A DNA stretch of 64,000 bases, from positions 124,001 through 188,000 of IMG/VR virus record IMGVR_UViG_3300023202_000383. One strand, given 5' to 3'. The notes under the pieces are model-generated. The model had not been told where the DNA came from. It made no database searches and saw only the letters and a program-made list of their open reading frames with translations. Each line of letters starts with the position of its first letter. Within the stretch, counting starts at the first letter, position 1. The position numbers and the translations under genes were made by a program. Of the stretch, positions 44,793 to 54,738 are shown in pieces.

Positions 44793-45209
44793 GTCCTCTA
44801 GAGACCCATTGTTGCTTATTGTTTCCGTCGAATCTTCTGGGCCTATTTGATCTGTTGTATTTCTGTTTGCAGATGCCCTATCTATCCATAATATATGATC
44901 AAATAAGTGCTTAGATGCTTTGATTTCATCTTTATTTCTTACGCCTACTATAATATTGTGATTTTCAAGTCCCTTGGATACTGGATAACTCGGATCCTTG
45001 GCTTGCTTTTCCCTTCCGAATTGATATAGGTCATCTCTCAAATCTTTTTTGTTGGCAACTACGTAATCAACATCTAAGTTATTTGAATCGGCAAAATCTT
45101 GCATGATTATATCAGATGTGTTTATAGCAGACATATTAAGCTTTTCTGCTAACATATCTGCGGCGGCGCTTTTGCCGGATTCGCTATATCCAAGAATCAT
45201 GATGTTCAT
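44748..45209 (-). CDS. P-loop nucleotide kinase-like (dNMP kinase)
   Basis: ILGYSESGKSAAA Walker A; VGVRNKDE; ISNNGSLEDL. Confidence 0.7.
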   Translation of the reverse strand: MNIMILGYSESGKSAAADMLAEKLNMSAINTSDIIMQDFADSNNLDVDYVVANKKDLRDDLYQFGREKQAKDPSYPVSKGLENHNIIVGVRNKDEIKASKHLFDHILWIDRASANRNTTDQIGPEDSTETISNNGSLEDLRRLLNSWVFRNAF

Positions 45210-45556
45210 TGCACATTCCAAACATAATAGGCTGCTATCAAACTTGCGCCAACTGTCGATATGATAGCAACAATCACGCATATTGTTGCTATCCTGTTGT
45301 TGGTTTTGTCGTGGTTTTCTTCGGGGTCTTGCTCGTCTATTCCCATCAATTTGTTCCTGTTATTTCTGAGTTTTGTCAGCTGGATCTCTCCGATTTTCAA
45401 CACATCATACTCTGATTTGCTTATCTGCATAATGTCGCTTGGTGTCTTGCCGTCTTGCAATAAACTTAATGCGACGTATTCAAAGCTTATAGCTTGGTCG
45501 ACACCACTATAGTAGTTACCATTATCATCATAGGCTTTATATTTAAAGTATCGCAT
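45206..45556 (-). CDS. membrane protein with a PilC/GspF-like N-terminal domain
   Basis: MRYFKYKAYDDNG...G...A.S...VA..L...G..P..I pattern; C-terminal TM helix. Confidence 0.55.
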   Translation of the reverse strand: MRYFKYKAYDDNGNYYSGVDQAISFEYVALSLLQDGKTPSDIMQISKSEYDVLKIGEIQLTKLRNNRNKLMGIDEQDPEENHDKTNNRIATICVIVAIISTVGASLIAAYYVWNVQ

Positions 45557-45750
45557 TGGAGGTTGCTGTGGATTTATTGGTAAAATACCAGTCTGATGAG
45601 ATAAGGGAGCATATGTCTGTTAAATATGCCAAAAGAGGCGATGCTGGCATAGATCTATATAATGCAAGTGGTAAAGAAATAATCATCAAACCAGACACTA
45701 AAGAACGGGGATCGTGGCGCACCGTCTTTCTTAGAAAAATAATCGCATAG
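45556..45750 (+). pseudogene. dUTPase 5' fragment
   Basis: KYAKRGDAGIDLY (motif I), then stop. Confidence 0.7.
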
Positions 45751-45823
45751 CACATGCCAGCCAATCGAGGTGGTGATTTCTTGTCGTCAACTATTTTAAT
45801 TTATGTAGATTAGGGGCAGCAAA

Positions 45824-47014
45824 ATGCCATTGGTCAAAGTACTACCAACTGCTAATTATAAAGAACTTCCAAAATTAAAGCAGTTCACAAAAGGTTCTGT
45901 TGGCATCGACCTATATTGCGCATCCGATGCCACAATCATGCCCAGGCAAAAAATAGATATTCCATGTGCTATAAAATTAGAATTGCCAAAAGGGTATTAT
46001 GCTAGGATTACCGGCAGATCTTCATCATTCATGCTTGGTATAGATATTAGAGAAGGCATAATCGACCAAGACTACAGGGGCGAGATTTATATTGGTGCCT
46101 ATAATTTTAGCGATGAGACGGTCACGATTAGCAGAGGTGACCGGCTAGCTCAAATGCTAATATCAAAATACGAGGATATAAGCATTGAGTACGTTGAATC
46201 AATAAATGATACTCAGAGGGGAGACGGGGGTTTTGGCAGCACAGATGTTACTGTTGGGGTAGAACATGCCAATTTTATCAATAAAGAATTCTTAGATGAA
46301 TTCTACATAAAAAAAGGGCTGTCTGCTGCCGAAATCGCCAAGAGATTCAACGTTGGCAAAACAACAGTACTGAGGAAAATGACAGAAAATGGTGTTGCCG
46401 CCTTAAATTCGTGGGAAAGACATCCACCAGAATTAGACGAATTACAGAGCATGCTAATTGCCGGGTCTATAATCGGCGATTTATCCATCAAGCATAGCGA
46501 GGCTTGGACGCATGCCAGGTGTGACTTCGCACACGGGCCTAATCAAATAGACTACTTAAGATATAAAAAAGACATAATGGCGAAATTCGTTACAATGGAC
46601 ATAAATTCTAAATATAACAAAGAATTCGATTCCGTCACTTTTTATTTCTCGACCATCACACATCCAATATTCACGCGACTGAGGGAGGAATATTATCCTA
46701 ATGGTGTGAAAGTGGTGACCGATAAGCTTTTGAATAGATTGAATCCTTTTTCACTATCTGTTTGGTATATGGACGATGGGTCTCTGCACATTAGTAATAG
46801 CAATAGTAGGTGGATATCTATGCATGTGGAGGGGTTTGACCCCGACTCACAAGTTAGAATCTTGTCGTGGCTTAATGATAACAGGTATGAGGCTAAATTC
46901 AGAAACGACGGGAAAGGCCATAGGTTTATCGTTCTCAATTCGATTGGTACAAGAAGGCTTATAGACACAGTAGAACCACACATCATCCCATGCATGCAAT
47001 ACAAAATTAGGTAA
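45824..47014 (+). CDS. dut: dUTPase fused to HTH and LAGLIDADG endonuclease
   Basis: GSVGIDL, GRSS, GIIDQDYRGEI, GDRLAQM, RGDGGFGST; then IAGSIIGDLSI and LSVWYMDDGS. Confidence 0.88.
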   Translation: MPLVKVLPTANYKELPKLKQFTKGSVGIDLYCASDATIMPRQKIDIPCAIKLELPKGYYARITGRSSSFMLGIDIREGIIDQDYRGEIYIGAYNFSDETVTISRGDRLAQMLISKYEDISIEYVESINDTQRGDGGFGSTDVTVGVEHANFINKEFLDEFYIKKGLSAAEIAKRFNVGKTTVLRKMTENGVAALNSWERHPPELDELQSMLIAGSIIGDLSIKHSEAWTHARCDFAHGPNQIDYLRYKKDIMAKFVTMDINSKYNKEFDSVTFYFSTITHPIFTRLREEYYPNGVKVVTDKLLNRLNPFSLSVWYMDDGSLHISNSNSRWISMHVEGFDPDSQVRILSWLNDNRYEAKFRNDGKGHRFIVLNSIGTRRLIDTVEPHIIPCMQYKIR

Positions 47015-47019
47015 CTAGC

Positions 47020-47112
47020 GTGATTCCGTATTTAAGTGCTAACATCATAGAAGTGAATTCGTTGCCGGACACCGAGAGAGAGCATAGTGGTTTTGGGAAT
47101 TCCGGTCTTTAA
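47020..47112 (+). pseudogene. dUTPase 3' fragment
   Basis: VIPYLSANIIEVNSLPDTEREHSGFGNSGL* resembles motif V. Confidence 0.7.
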
Positions 47113-47130
47113 TAGTTCAAAGATAATAAA

Positions 47131-47415
47131 ATGTTTTTAGTGGTATATTGTAAAATTAGTGATGATAAATCCGAAGGCATAGAGCTATCGACTGTATATT
47201 TTGGTGGTGTCTGTGCGACTCAAGAAGAAGCGGATAATGTCGCAACTGAATGCGTTAGCAACACACAGGGCGGGATAATAATACCTAGAATATTGCAGTT
47301 TGAAGGCAATATGTTTGATGCCATAGATGAGGTCATTGTCCAGCTTGATAAAATGATACAAAGAATGCAAGACAATGATGATATTATGCGGAATACTAAA
47401 TATTATAAGAGGTAG
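47131..47415 (+). CDS. hypothetical protein
   Basis: 94-aa ORF. Confidence 0.7.
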   Translation: MFLVVYCKISDDKSEGIELSTVYFGGVCATQEEADNVATECVSNTQGGIIIPRILQFEGNMFDAIDEVIVQLDKMIQRMQDNDDIMRNTKYYKR

Positions 47416-48135
47416 TTATTTCTTGTTTGCTCTTGATTTTATGGTATAATCCTTGCCTAAAGGATGCATTTGTTTTTCTATTGTGCATTGAATCTTTATA
47501 GCTCTAATTTTATTTGAATCTTTTACGGTTTTAACGAAGAAGCAATTTACATTTATGCTTCTTGCATGGATGTATCCAAATTCAGATAGGAAACTGATCA
47601 GTTTTGTTTTGTCTTGGTTTGAATTTGCTTCAGCAACAATCACATCTGGCTTGTTGGATTTTAGGTCCATGCCACTTAAAACATCAAGCTCGTGACCTTC
47701 TACATCTATAGAAATGAAGTTGATATGTCTATTGGGCAAGACATTAGACAGGGGTTTGCATATGACTTTGTGATTCTTGACGCCAGGATATTCTAATTTC
47801 CTGCCTCGATATCTCTTTTTTAGGTCATTTTCGTCAACGTTTATCCCAGACAAAAGACCTATGTCCTCTGCCATAAAGTCAACAACGTATTCTTTAGACC
47901 CACATGCTATCTCTAGGCATTTAGAGTTTGGTCGATTTGATTTGCACAACGGAAAATATTTTGGATGCGGTTCTATGCATATGCCGTCCCACCCGGCTAA
48001 CTCGAACGAATATGAATTACTTAAATGTACACCATCAAATGCACCAACGTCTACGTAAAACCCATCTGGCTTCCTGTCAAAGAATTCCCATAATAAGTAA
48101 TCCTCCCCATGCTGACTATAGTATTTATATTCCAT
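47416..48135 (-). CDS. FkbM-family methyltransferase
   Basis: YSQHGED, VDVGAFDGVHLSNS, GICIEP, ISIDVEGHE. Confidence 0.92.
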   Translation of the reverse strand: MEYKYYSQHGEDYLLWEFFDRKPDGFYVDVGAFDGVHLSNSYSFELAGWDGICIEPHPKYFPLCKSNRPNSKCLEIACGSKEYVVDFMAEDIGLLSGINVDENDLKKRYRGRKLEYPGVKNHKVICKPLSNVLPNRHINFISIDVEGHELDVLSGMDLKSNKPDVIVAEANSNQDKTKLISFLSEFGYIHARSINVNCFFVKTVKDSNKIRAIKIQCTIEKQMHPLGKDYTIKSRANKK

Positions 48136-48904
48136 GAAAATAGCTCATATAATAAATCCAGTTAATGTTAAACCGAATTCCAATCTCGGTATTGCTCAAC
48201 CAATAACATTTAAGACGATGGAAATCGCCAAAGATCATGTTAAAAATACTATCGATGTTAAACTATATTCTGCACAATACAAAGAAGATAGGGTGGCTGT
48301 GCCTGCCGGATTTATTATGACCCCGGACCTAAAAGAATCGGTGTTGGATTATGGTAAATTTAATATTCCTAGGAAGTTGCCTATTCTTGACGATATAATA
48401 AGAAGGTTACATCATTACTCCAACGAAGATTATTTGATATATACAAATGCTGACATAGCATTGATGCCAAATTTTTATCAAGAAGTTGCAAGATATATAG
48501 ACGATGGGCACGATGCCATCGAAATAACAAGAAGAACGATACCATCTACATATAGTGATGTGAGCCAGATAAAAAAGATGTTTAAATTAAAAGGGAAGAA
48601 GCATCCCGGCCACGATTGTTTTGTGTTCCACGCGTCTCTGTTTCAGAGAATGTTTGAATTGGCCAAAGTTTGTATAGGTGCACCTGCTGTCGGTAAGTGC
48701 ATGTTGTTGAACTTGCGGTGCTTCGCTAAGAAATTTATCAGGGTCACTGATCGTCATTTAACATTCCATATTGGTGACGATAAGATTTGGAATAAATATG
48801 CTGACTATAAAGAATACAATAGGTCAGAATATAGAAAAGCACACAATAGACTGCTAGTTAGGCATGCAATCCCAAATAGACTATTGGAATGGGCCGAGCT
48901 ATGA
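48134..48904 (+). CDS. glycosyltransferase-like protein
   Basis: YLIYTNADIAL DxD-like motif; HPGHDCFVF. Confidence 0.6.
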   Translation: MKIAHIINPVNVKPNSNLGIAQPITFKTMEIAKDHVKNTIDVKLYSAQYKEDRVAVPAGFIMTPDLKESVLDYGKFNIPRKLPILDDIIRRLHHYSNEDYLIYTNADIALMPNFYQEVARYIDDGHDAIEITRRTIPSTYSDVSQIKKMFKLKGKKHPGHDCFVFHASLFQRMFELAKVCIGAPAVGKCMLLNLRCFAKKFIRVTDRHLTFHIGDDKIWNKYADYKEYNRSEYRKAHNRLLVRHAIPNRLLEWAEL

Positions 48905-49945
48905 GCAATAGAATATGTAATCTGTGTGCTTTGAGGCTATTCTTGTCAGCACTTTTATGATTCTGTGTGGCTTGAATAATTTTTTAGCTTCATCGTACTG
49001 ATAATTGTTGACAAACACGATTGAGTTTTTATATTCTCCAGACACTTCAGCTATTTCTCTTATATCAGCTTTCCTGAATCTTCTTATGGCAATAAGAACG
49101 TCCTTGCTCCTCGATAGGCCCAACCCTATTGCGTTGTAAAATTCGTTGCCAAATCTATCTTCGTGTCTTAAGGGATAATATTTGTGTCCTTGGAGTGCAC
49201 ATGCTACGGCCTTTTCTCCAACGTTTGGAAACATGTCGTGTATCGTCCTGTTTTCACTATCTTCTAAGAGGTTAAAGATACCTTTGTATACTGCTGGAGA
49301 TACCCATTTCGGCCCACCATATTTATAAGTCTTTCCTATTATGTTGTTTATAGTAATGTCTTGCGTGGCACTATTTGCCATTTTAGATATTACTAAATAG
49401 CGTATTCTTTTATCATCCATTGTCCTTCTGAATGATTTATCATACTTGTTCTCGACTATATCTTGAAAATTGACGTACTTCTCGAATATTTGTCTTCCTG
49501 CTTTTCTCCTGTGGTAAGCATGGATATGATCGGACACCTTTATCATCGAAACATCATCTATTCGTTTCAATTCATTGTATGTTTCTGTGTCTGTATATAC
49601 TGGATCTGTATATCCAGTGACTCTCAGCAACAGTTTATGGATAAGTATTTCTTTATCCATATATGTTGAATTTTTTAGGTCGCTCTTTTTTACTAATGGA
49701 TACTTATTTGAATCTCGGTCGTGAAATTGATCATGTATTGGTATGTCGCGGCTTATTACGCCTTTTTCTCTGTCTATCGGCCTTATATATCTATATCGTT
49801 TTTTGGGCTCTAGAAAGCAATAATTTCTTTTCATCCCATTCTTGTATGTGACATATATTCTATCGGTGTCGAGACGTAATTTTTCAACCACGTCTTTCGC
49901 CTTTAATGCCTCGAATAACCTTCTAACCCATATCGGGGGTGACAT
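48899..49945 (-). CDS. hypothetical protein
   Basis: 348-aa ORF. Confidence 0.75.
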   Translation of the reverse strand: MSPPIWVRRLFEALKAKDVVEKLRLDTDRIYVTYKNGMKRNYCFLEPKKRYRYIRPIDREKGVISRDIPIHDQFHDRDSNKYPLVKKSDLKNSTYMDKEILIHKLLLRVTGYTDPVYTDTETYNELKRIDDVSMIKVSDHIHAYHRRKAGRQIFEKYVNFQDIVENKYDKSFRRTMDDKRIRYLVISKMANSATQDITINNIIGKTYKYGGPKWVSPAVYKGIFNLLEDSENRTIHDMFPNVGEKAVACALQGHKYYPLRHEDRFGNEFYNAIGLGLSRSKDVLIAIRRFRKADIREIAEVSGEYKNSIVFVNNYQYDEAKKLFKPHRIIKVLTRIASKHTDYIFYCS

Positions 49946-50514
49946 TGATAATACCTAATGCTAATTCCTGCCTTGGTTAACCATTGCCTTATTGTGCTGG
50001 CACTAACCCCAGCCAGCCTGGCACATTCTCTCATACCCATCATCTTATCGATATGATGCTCTTTAAGCCATTCTATATTATTTAGTGGGTGTTTTTGCTC
50101 ATTGTTGTCGATCGTGATGTTTTCTTTTGCTAACATCCTCTTTATTCTTTCTTTAGAACACTGAAAGATGTGAGCTAGTCTTCTAAGGCTATAACCTTTT
50201 TCATATAATTCACATACTCTATTGATATTTAGTGGCTCTATTTCGTCATTGTACTTAGGTTCTCTTGGTGGTTTGTATGGTTCTAGTCTCTCTATCTCCG
50301 CTAGGCAGTTGCCAAAGTCTATTATGACTACTTCGTCTACTCCCCATCTCTTCTTTGTATGTATAATTGACTGTTCTGATGTGCCGATCACGTGTGACAA
50401 TTCGGCATTAGTAAGGTCTTGATGCGACTTAAACCAAGATCTTAATGATTTTATGTCTTTTTTGCCGATCGATTCGAATTGCTCTTTGATCTTATCTAGG
50501 TCTTGATCTTTCAT
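49903..50514 (-). CDS. multi-HTH DNA-binding protein
   Basis: YSLRRLAHIFQCS; GMRECARLAGVSASTIRQWL. Confidence 0.7.
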   Translation of the reverse strand: MKDQDLDKIKEQFESIGKKDIKSLRSWFKSHQDLTNAELSHVIGTSEQSIIHTKKRWGVDEVVIIDFGNCLAEIERLEPYKPPREPKYNDEIEPLNINRVCELYEKGYSLRRLAHIFQCSKERIKRMLAKENITIDNNEQKHPLNNIEWLKEHHIDKMMGMRECARLAGVSASTIRQWLTKAGISIRYYQCHPRYGLEGYSRH

Positions 50515-53447
50515 GGCTGGTTAGGATCAGGGACCGGTTCCCACACAGCGAGTTTTACGCCGCGTCTTGGATCAAATGCTACCCATTTACGCCTAAACAA
50601 CACATTAAGCCTTGTGTTGTAATAGAAATTGTTTCTATGTGTTGTCGCATCTGGCTCGTGAGGCAGGTAATCTATGATAGCACCACCAAACATCTCGACA
50701 AATCTATGAGGATTGTCTCCAGGCTCTCTAGGTCTAACGGCTGTAGACGATGAGCTTGAACTGGACTCGCTCGATTCGGAGCTTTCGCTGCTTGCTGAAC
50801 TTGAAGCACTAGATCCGCTTGAATCGCTGGATCCACTGGATGAGCTTGATGGTATCGAGCTTTCGCTGCTTGCCGAACTTGAGCTGCTTGGGAATGTTCC
50901 GCAGGCAGCGAATTCGAATCCAGCAGTTTGGTTGTCGTTATCATCTACAGCCACGACTCTAAAGTCATATGTACTATTAGCGTCTAATCCAGTAACAGTA
51001 AATGTAGTTGCTGGTGGAGGCAATGTTCCGCCTCCAGAGTTCGACCCAGATAAAATCCAAAATGCATCACCAGTCATTCTGTAGTAGATATCATATCTTA
51101 CGACTTCTCCGTCTGGGTCAGTCGACGCATCCCATTCTATGTCTATGGTAGTAGCGGTGGAGTCGACGCATCTAATATTTCCTGGTGCAGTCGGCGGAAT
51201 ATCTCCTGGAGATGTAGAGCTGCTGGAACTACTACCGCTAGATGATGAGCTTTGGCTCGAATCTGAGCTTTGGCTGGAACTGCTGGAATCGGAGCTTGAG
51301 CTTTGGCTAGAACTGCTATCACTGCTCGAGCTACTAGAACCAGAACTGGAGCTAGAACTAATGCTGCTGGAGCTGCTAACACTACTAGAACTTGAGCTCC
51401 CGCTCGATGAGCTCGATGAGCTTTTGCTTGATCCTGAGCTTGAGCTGCTTCCGCTAGAACTGCTTCTACTGGAGCTTGATGGCAATGTAAATCCAGACCC
51501 AGCGAAGGCCAAGCCACCAACAACATCATCAATTACAGTGCCAGTTATTGGGTATGCAGCAGAGAATCCAGGACTAGAAACCCTTAGTACATCCCCACCG
51601 TTAGTGTCCAATATCCATAATCTACCGTTGGCGTCATACGCCATGGCAGTTGGGATAAGTGAACTATCTCCTGGATCGATCGAGTGCAATCCAGTATATG
51701 GGAATGGCACCCTTGTAAATCTTGTGTTCGCACTAGGAACGGGACCTATCGCAACAACTAAGTCCAAGTTGGATGGATCTATTGCACAAGCGCGGATACC
51801 AGCATTATTGGGGTTCGCTATACTGCCAAGAAATGTCCTAACGCCAGTAGCTATGTCTACTTCTGCGATTCTAACTGCTGGCGTTAATCCGCTCGATGGG
51901 ATGACTACAGAACCTGGAGTAAGAACATAGTAAACACCGGTCACATCACTTTTAGTGAAGCACCCGTCGTAATTTACCTGCAAAATGTTACTTGAAGTGT
52001 TGTCTACGGCACTAATATCAGCGAACTTTTGTCCGAGGTTTAGTGTTGTGGAAGCGCCGTGAACAACTATATCATCAGAAATGTCATCTCTGAACGCTGC
52101 ACCGCCGACTGCCGAAGAGAAAATTTCGGGAGTTCTTATCCCATCGACTCTTACTGTCAACCCAGCAGATGGACCTTCTGGCACTACCCTGTAAAGTCTT
52201 CTAGTTCCGACCATATATAAATCAGTCAGAGACTCCGGAGTGCTTGACGATGAAGAAGATGCTGTAACTGGTTGATCCAGGAATGGCGATCCGCTTATTA
52301 TAAAGACGCTACCATCGAATGTCGCTAAAGCTGTACCAAATTGGTCGCCAGCCCCAGCGCCAGACTCTTGGTCGAAATCCGATGTAGTAATTTGTTGCGA
52401 CTGAGAAAATGACCCACCGGACCTTGTAAATGTTACTATCGATCCGGAATTAGATCTATCGTTGTTGTTTGTTGTGGATGATGCACAAACAACCATCCTA
52501 TTGCTGTCCAATAAGGCGATTTTATTGCCGAGACCGTTGAATTGGCCTCCAACTATTCTTTGTGTTTGGGTCGCGGTGCCGTTGCTAGTGTTTAAACTGA
52601 ATACATATACAGCACCATTGGCATCGCCTAGTGGGTCCTCTTCTCCAGGCGCTCCAGTCACGATAGTACTGCCGCTTATGGCTACCGATGACCCAAATAG
52701 GACATCTTGGTCGCTTGGGTTACTGCCGGATGGCCTCAACACATCTGTTTCTATATAACTTGGCCCAGTAAGTTCATAGATGTGGAAAGCGCCATTAAAG
52801 TTTGCAGGCGACAATTCGTCTTGTCTGGCCCCGATTACAACAAAGTTACCATCAGTATCTATGTCGGAGCCGAAGAACCTGAAGTTGTTTGTGCCAGATG
52901 GCTGGTTGGGGCCATTTATGGCTTGGACAAAATTGAATCCCGATCCAGTGTAATCATATATAAAGACTCTACCGTGACCACTATTTGCGGCGATAGACGA
53001 TACAAATATTCTGTTTCCGTTTGCATGGATTATGTCTAAAACGTTGTCCGATATAGATATTGTAAGCTGTTCATTTAATGTATATGTACCGCCGCTTCTC
53101 TCGTACGCATAAACTTTCTTGAGAAAGCCACTTACGATAAACAATGTGGTGCCATTAAATGCGATTGCCTTTCCAAAGCTACCGAATGATTCCTCTGGCG
53201 ATTCGATAGTTTGAGCAAAGACTAATTCATCATTTATTATATCATATATATGTACCGCTCTGCCGACGCTCGATCCTGTAGCGGAGTTTAATTTAGCACC
53301 TATGGCGACTATGCTTCCATTTGAAGCAATGTCATCGCCAAAATTTTCTTGCCCAAAGACAACCGGCGGATTGACCTTATCGACTTCTACCAGTGATGAT
53401 AGGTCGTTACCTTTGAATAAATATGCTGCACCAACATCGAATGCCAT
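50511..53447 (-). CDS. large virion/surface protein: FG-GAP propeller, poly-Ser linkers, fibronectin type III
   Basis: FGSDIDTDGN, FGSSVAISG, QFGTALA; PTAPGNIRC...WDASTDPDG...YDFRVVAVD; Ser tracts. Confidence 0.85.
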   Translation of the reverse strand: MAFDVGAAYLFKGNDLSSLVEVDKVNPPVVFGQENFGDDIASNGSIVAIGAKLNSATGSSVGRAVHIYDIINDELVFAQTIESPEESFGSFGKAIAFNGTTLFIVSGFLKKVYAYERSGGTYTLNEQLTISISDNVLDIIHANGNRIFVSSIAANSGHGRVFIYDYTGSGFNFVQAINGPNQPSGTNNFRFFGSDIDTDGNFVVIGARQDELSPANFNGAFHIYELTGPSYIETDVLRPSGSNPSDQDVLFGSSVAISGSTIVTGAPGEEDPLGDANGAVYVFSLNTSNGTATQTQRIVGGQFNGLGNKIALLDSNRMVVCASSTTNNNDRSNSGSIVTFTRSGGSFSQSQQITTSDFDQESGAGAGDQFGTALATFDGSVFIISGSPFLDQPVTASSSSSSTPESLTDLYMVGTRRLYRVVPEGPSAGLTVRVDGIRTPEIFSSAVGGAAFRDDISDDIVVHGASTTLNLGQKFADISAVDNTSSNILQVNYDGCFTKSDVTGVYYVLTPGSVVIPSSGLTPAVRIAEVDIATGVRTFLGSIANPNNAGIRACAIDPSNLDLVVAIGPVPSANTRFTRVPFPYTGLHSIDPGDSSLIPTAMAYDANGRLWILDTNGGDVLRVSSPGFSAAYPITGTVIDDVVGGLAFAGSGFTLPSSSSRSSSSGSSSSSGSSKSSSSSSSGSSSSSSVSSSSSISSSSSSGSSSSSSDSSSSQSSSSDSSSSSQSSDSSQSSSSSGSSSSSSTSPGDIPPTAPGNIRCVDSTATTIDIEWDASTDPDGEVVRYDIYYRMTGDAFWILSGSNSGGGTLPPPATTFTVTGLDANSTYDFRVVAVDDNDNQTAGFEFAACGTFPSSSSSASSESSIPSSSSSGSSDSSGSSASSSASSESSESSESSSSSSSTAVRPREPGDNPHRFVEMFGGAIIDYLPHEPDATTHRNNFYYNTRLNVLFRRKWVAFDPRRGVKLAVWEPVPDPNQP
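50745..51478 (-). repeat. low-complexity Ser-codon tracts
   Basis: two poly-Ser runs flanking the FN3 domain. Confidence 0.85.
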
Positions 53448-53451
53448 CTGA

Positions 53452-54738
53452 TTATCCTAACAGGAAACCGAATTCCGTCTTGATTTCTTCTTCGATAGTT
53501 CTCAATTCAGGCCAATCAGATTCTGATATTACTTGCTCGCCATCGAATATGACTCGTACTGTTTCTTTCGATCTCCAATCGGCTTCTCCAAGCACCTCTG
53601 CGACATTGTCGCTAATGTCAATAATTGATTCTCTAGTCCTAATATTATATATCAAGATCAATTTATTGCCGTTAGAGAAATCAAAATAGCTACCTTTGTT
53701 CTCTAATTTATGATCGAAGAATTCATCTATTTGGTGGCATTTTATATATTCAGATGGATTACGCCATTGGACATCTTTTGTATTATCCAATTGCTCCACT
53801 ATCCTCTCTAATTTGTTTTCAAATGATTCTTCTACGTCTTCCGGCCCTTCCTTGTCCGTCTCTTCTCTACCTCTTAGCTTATCTACTAATCCTTTTATTC
53901 CGCCGCCTATTTTCTTGCCGGCTTGCTTGAGCTTGTCAACGATTTGTGATGCTATTTTCTTAACTTTTAGTTTGTCTGCTGCTGATTTAACGTCGCGTTT
54001 TATTCTGCTGACAATGTCATCTTTTTCTGGTTCTTCTGGTTCTTCTGGTTCTGGCTTTTCTTCCTTAGCTTCTGGTTCTGGTTTTTCTTCCGGTTCAGAT
54101 TCCGCTTCGGGTTCCTCTGGTTCGGGAACCGGCATCTTTGGCTCTTTTTCAGCTTCTGGCTCCGGTATCCTCGGGGCCTTTTCAGGTTCGTCAGGCATCT
54201 CCGGGGGCTCTTCTTGTGGCTTCGTTGGTGGTTCTGGCTCATCAGGCTCAGGTTCTGGTCGTTCCGGAAGTTCGTCTGGGTCTGGAGGAGTCACAGCTTT
54301 CGGCTCTGGCAACTTTCTTTCAGTATCTCTAGGATTGCTAATATAGGCTTGATTCCAGTGCCTATAGGTCCTTTTCATAAATTCTATGCCAAGCAGGTCT
54401 TTGGCTTTGCTATATCGCTCGCGGGGGCTAAGTTTGCTGCTCATTATTTCTGGCAGCGCTTCCTTAAATTGCTCTTTCGCTTGTTGCGGCAAAGACCTGA
54501 TCTTCTTTAGGTTCATTCCATAAAGAAGCTCGTTGTTGGTTCTAGGGTGCCTATATGCCCCGAATGGTATCACTAGTGGATTAGGGTCTGTTGTGTTTGG
54601 GCCAGCGTAATCCATCTGTAGAACCCTAAGCACACCCTCAATCAATAAGTCGATGTCATTGTGGTGGTCATATTCAGACAGCAACTTATCTAGTTGCGAT
54701 TCTGTGGCTGAATGTGTGATAAATTCGTGTAAATCCAT
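53452..54738 (-). CDS. hypothetical protein with a Pro/Glu-rich linker
   Basis: EPEPDEPEPP...EPEEPEEPEK. Confidence 0.8.
   Translation of the reverse strand: MDLHEFITHSATESQLDKLLSEYDHHNDIDLLIEGVLRVLQMDYAGPNTTDPNPLVIPFGAYRHPRTNNELLYGMNLKKIRSLPQQAKEQFKEALPEIMSSKLSPRERYSKAKDLLGIEFMKRTYRHWNQAYISNPRDTERKLPEPKAVTPPDPDELPERPEPEPDEPEPPTKPQEEPPEMPDEPEKAPRIPEPEAEKEPKMPVPEPEEPEAESEPEEKPEPEAKEEKPEPEEPEEPEKDDIVSRIKRDVKSAADKLKVKKIASQIVDKLKQAGKKIGGGIKGLVDKLRGREETDKEGPEDVEESFENKLERIVEQLDNTKDVQWRNPSEYIKCHQIDEFFDHKLENKGSYFDFSNGNKLILIYNIRTRESIIDISDNVAEVLGEADWRSKETVRVIFDGEQVISESDWPELRTIEEEIKTEFGFLLG

Noticed and set aside
45824-47014. Intein in dUTPase
   Set aside because: No C/S start or HN end; the endonuclease is a terminal fusion after a complete dUTPase.
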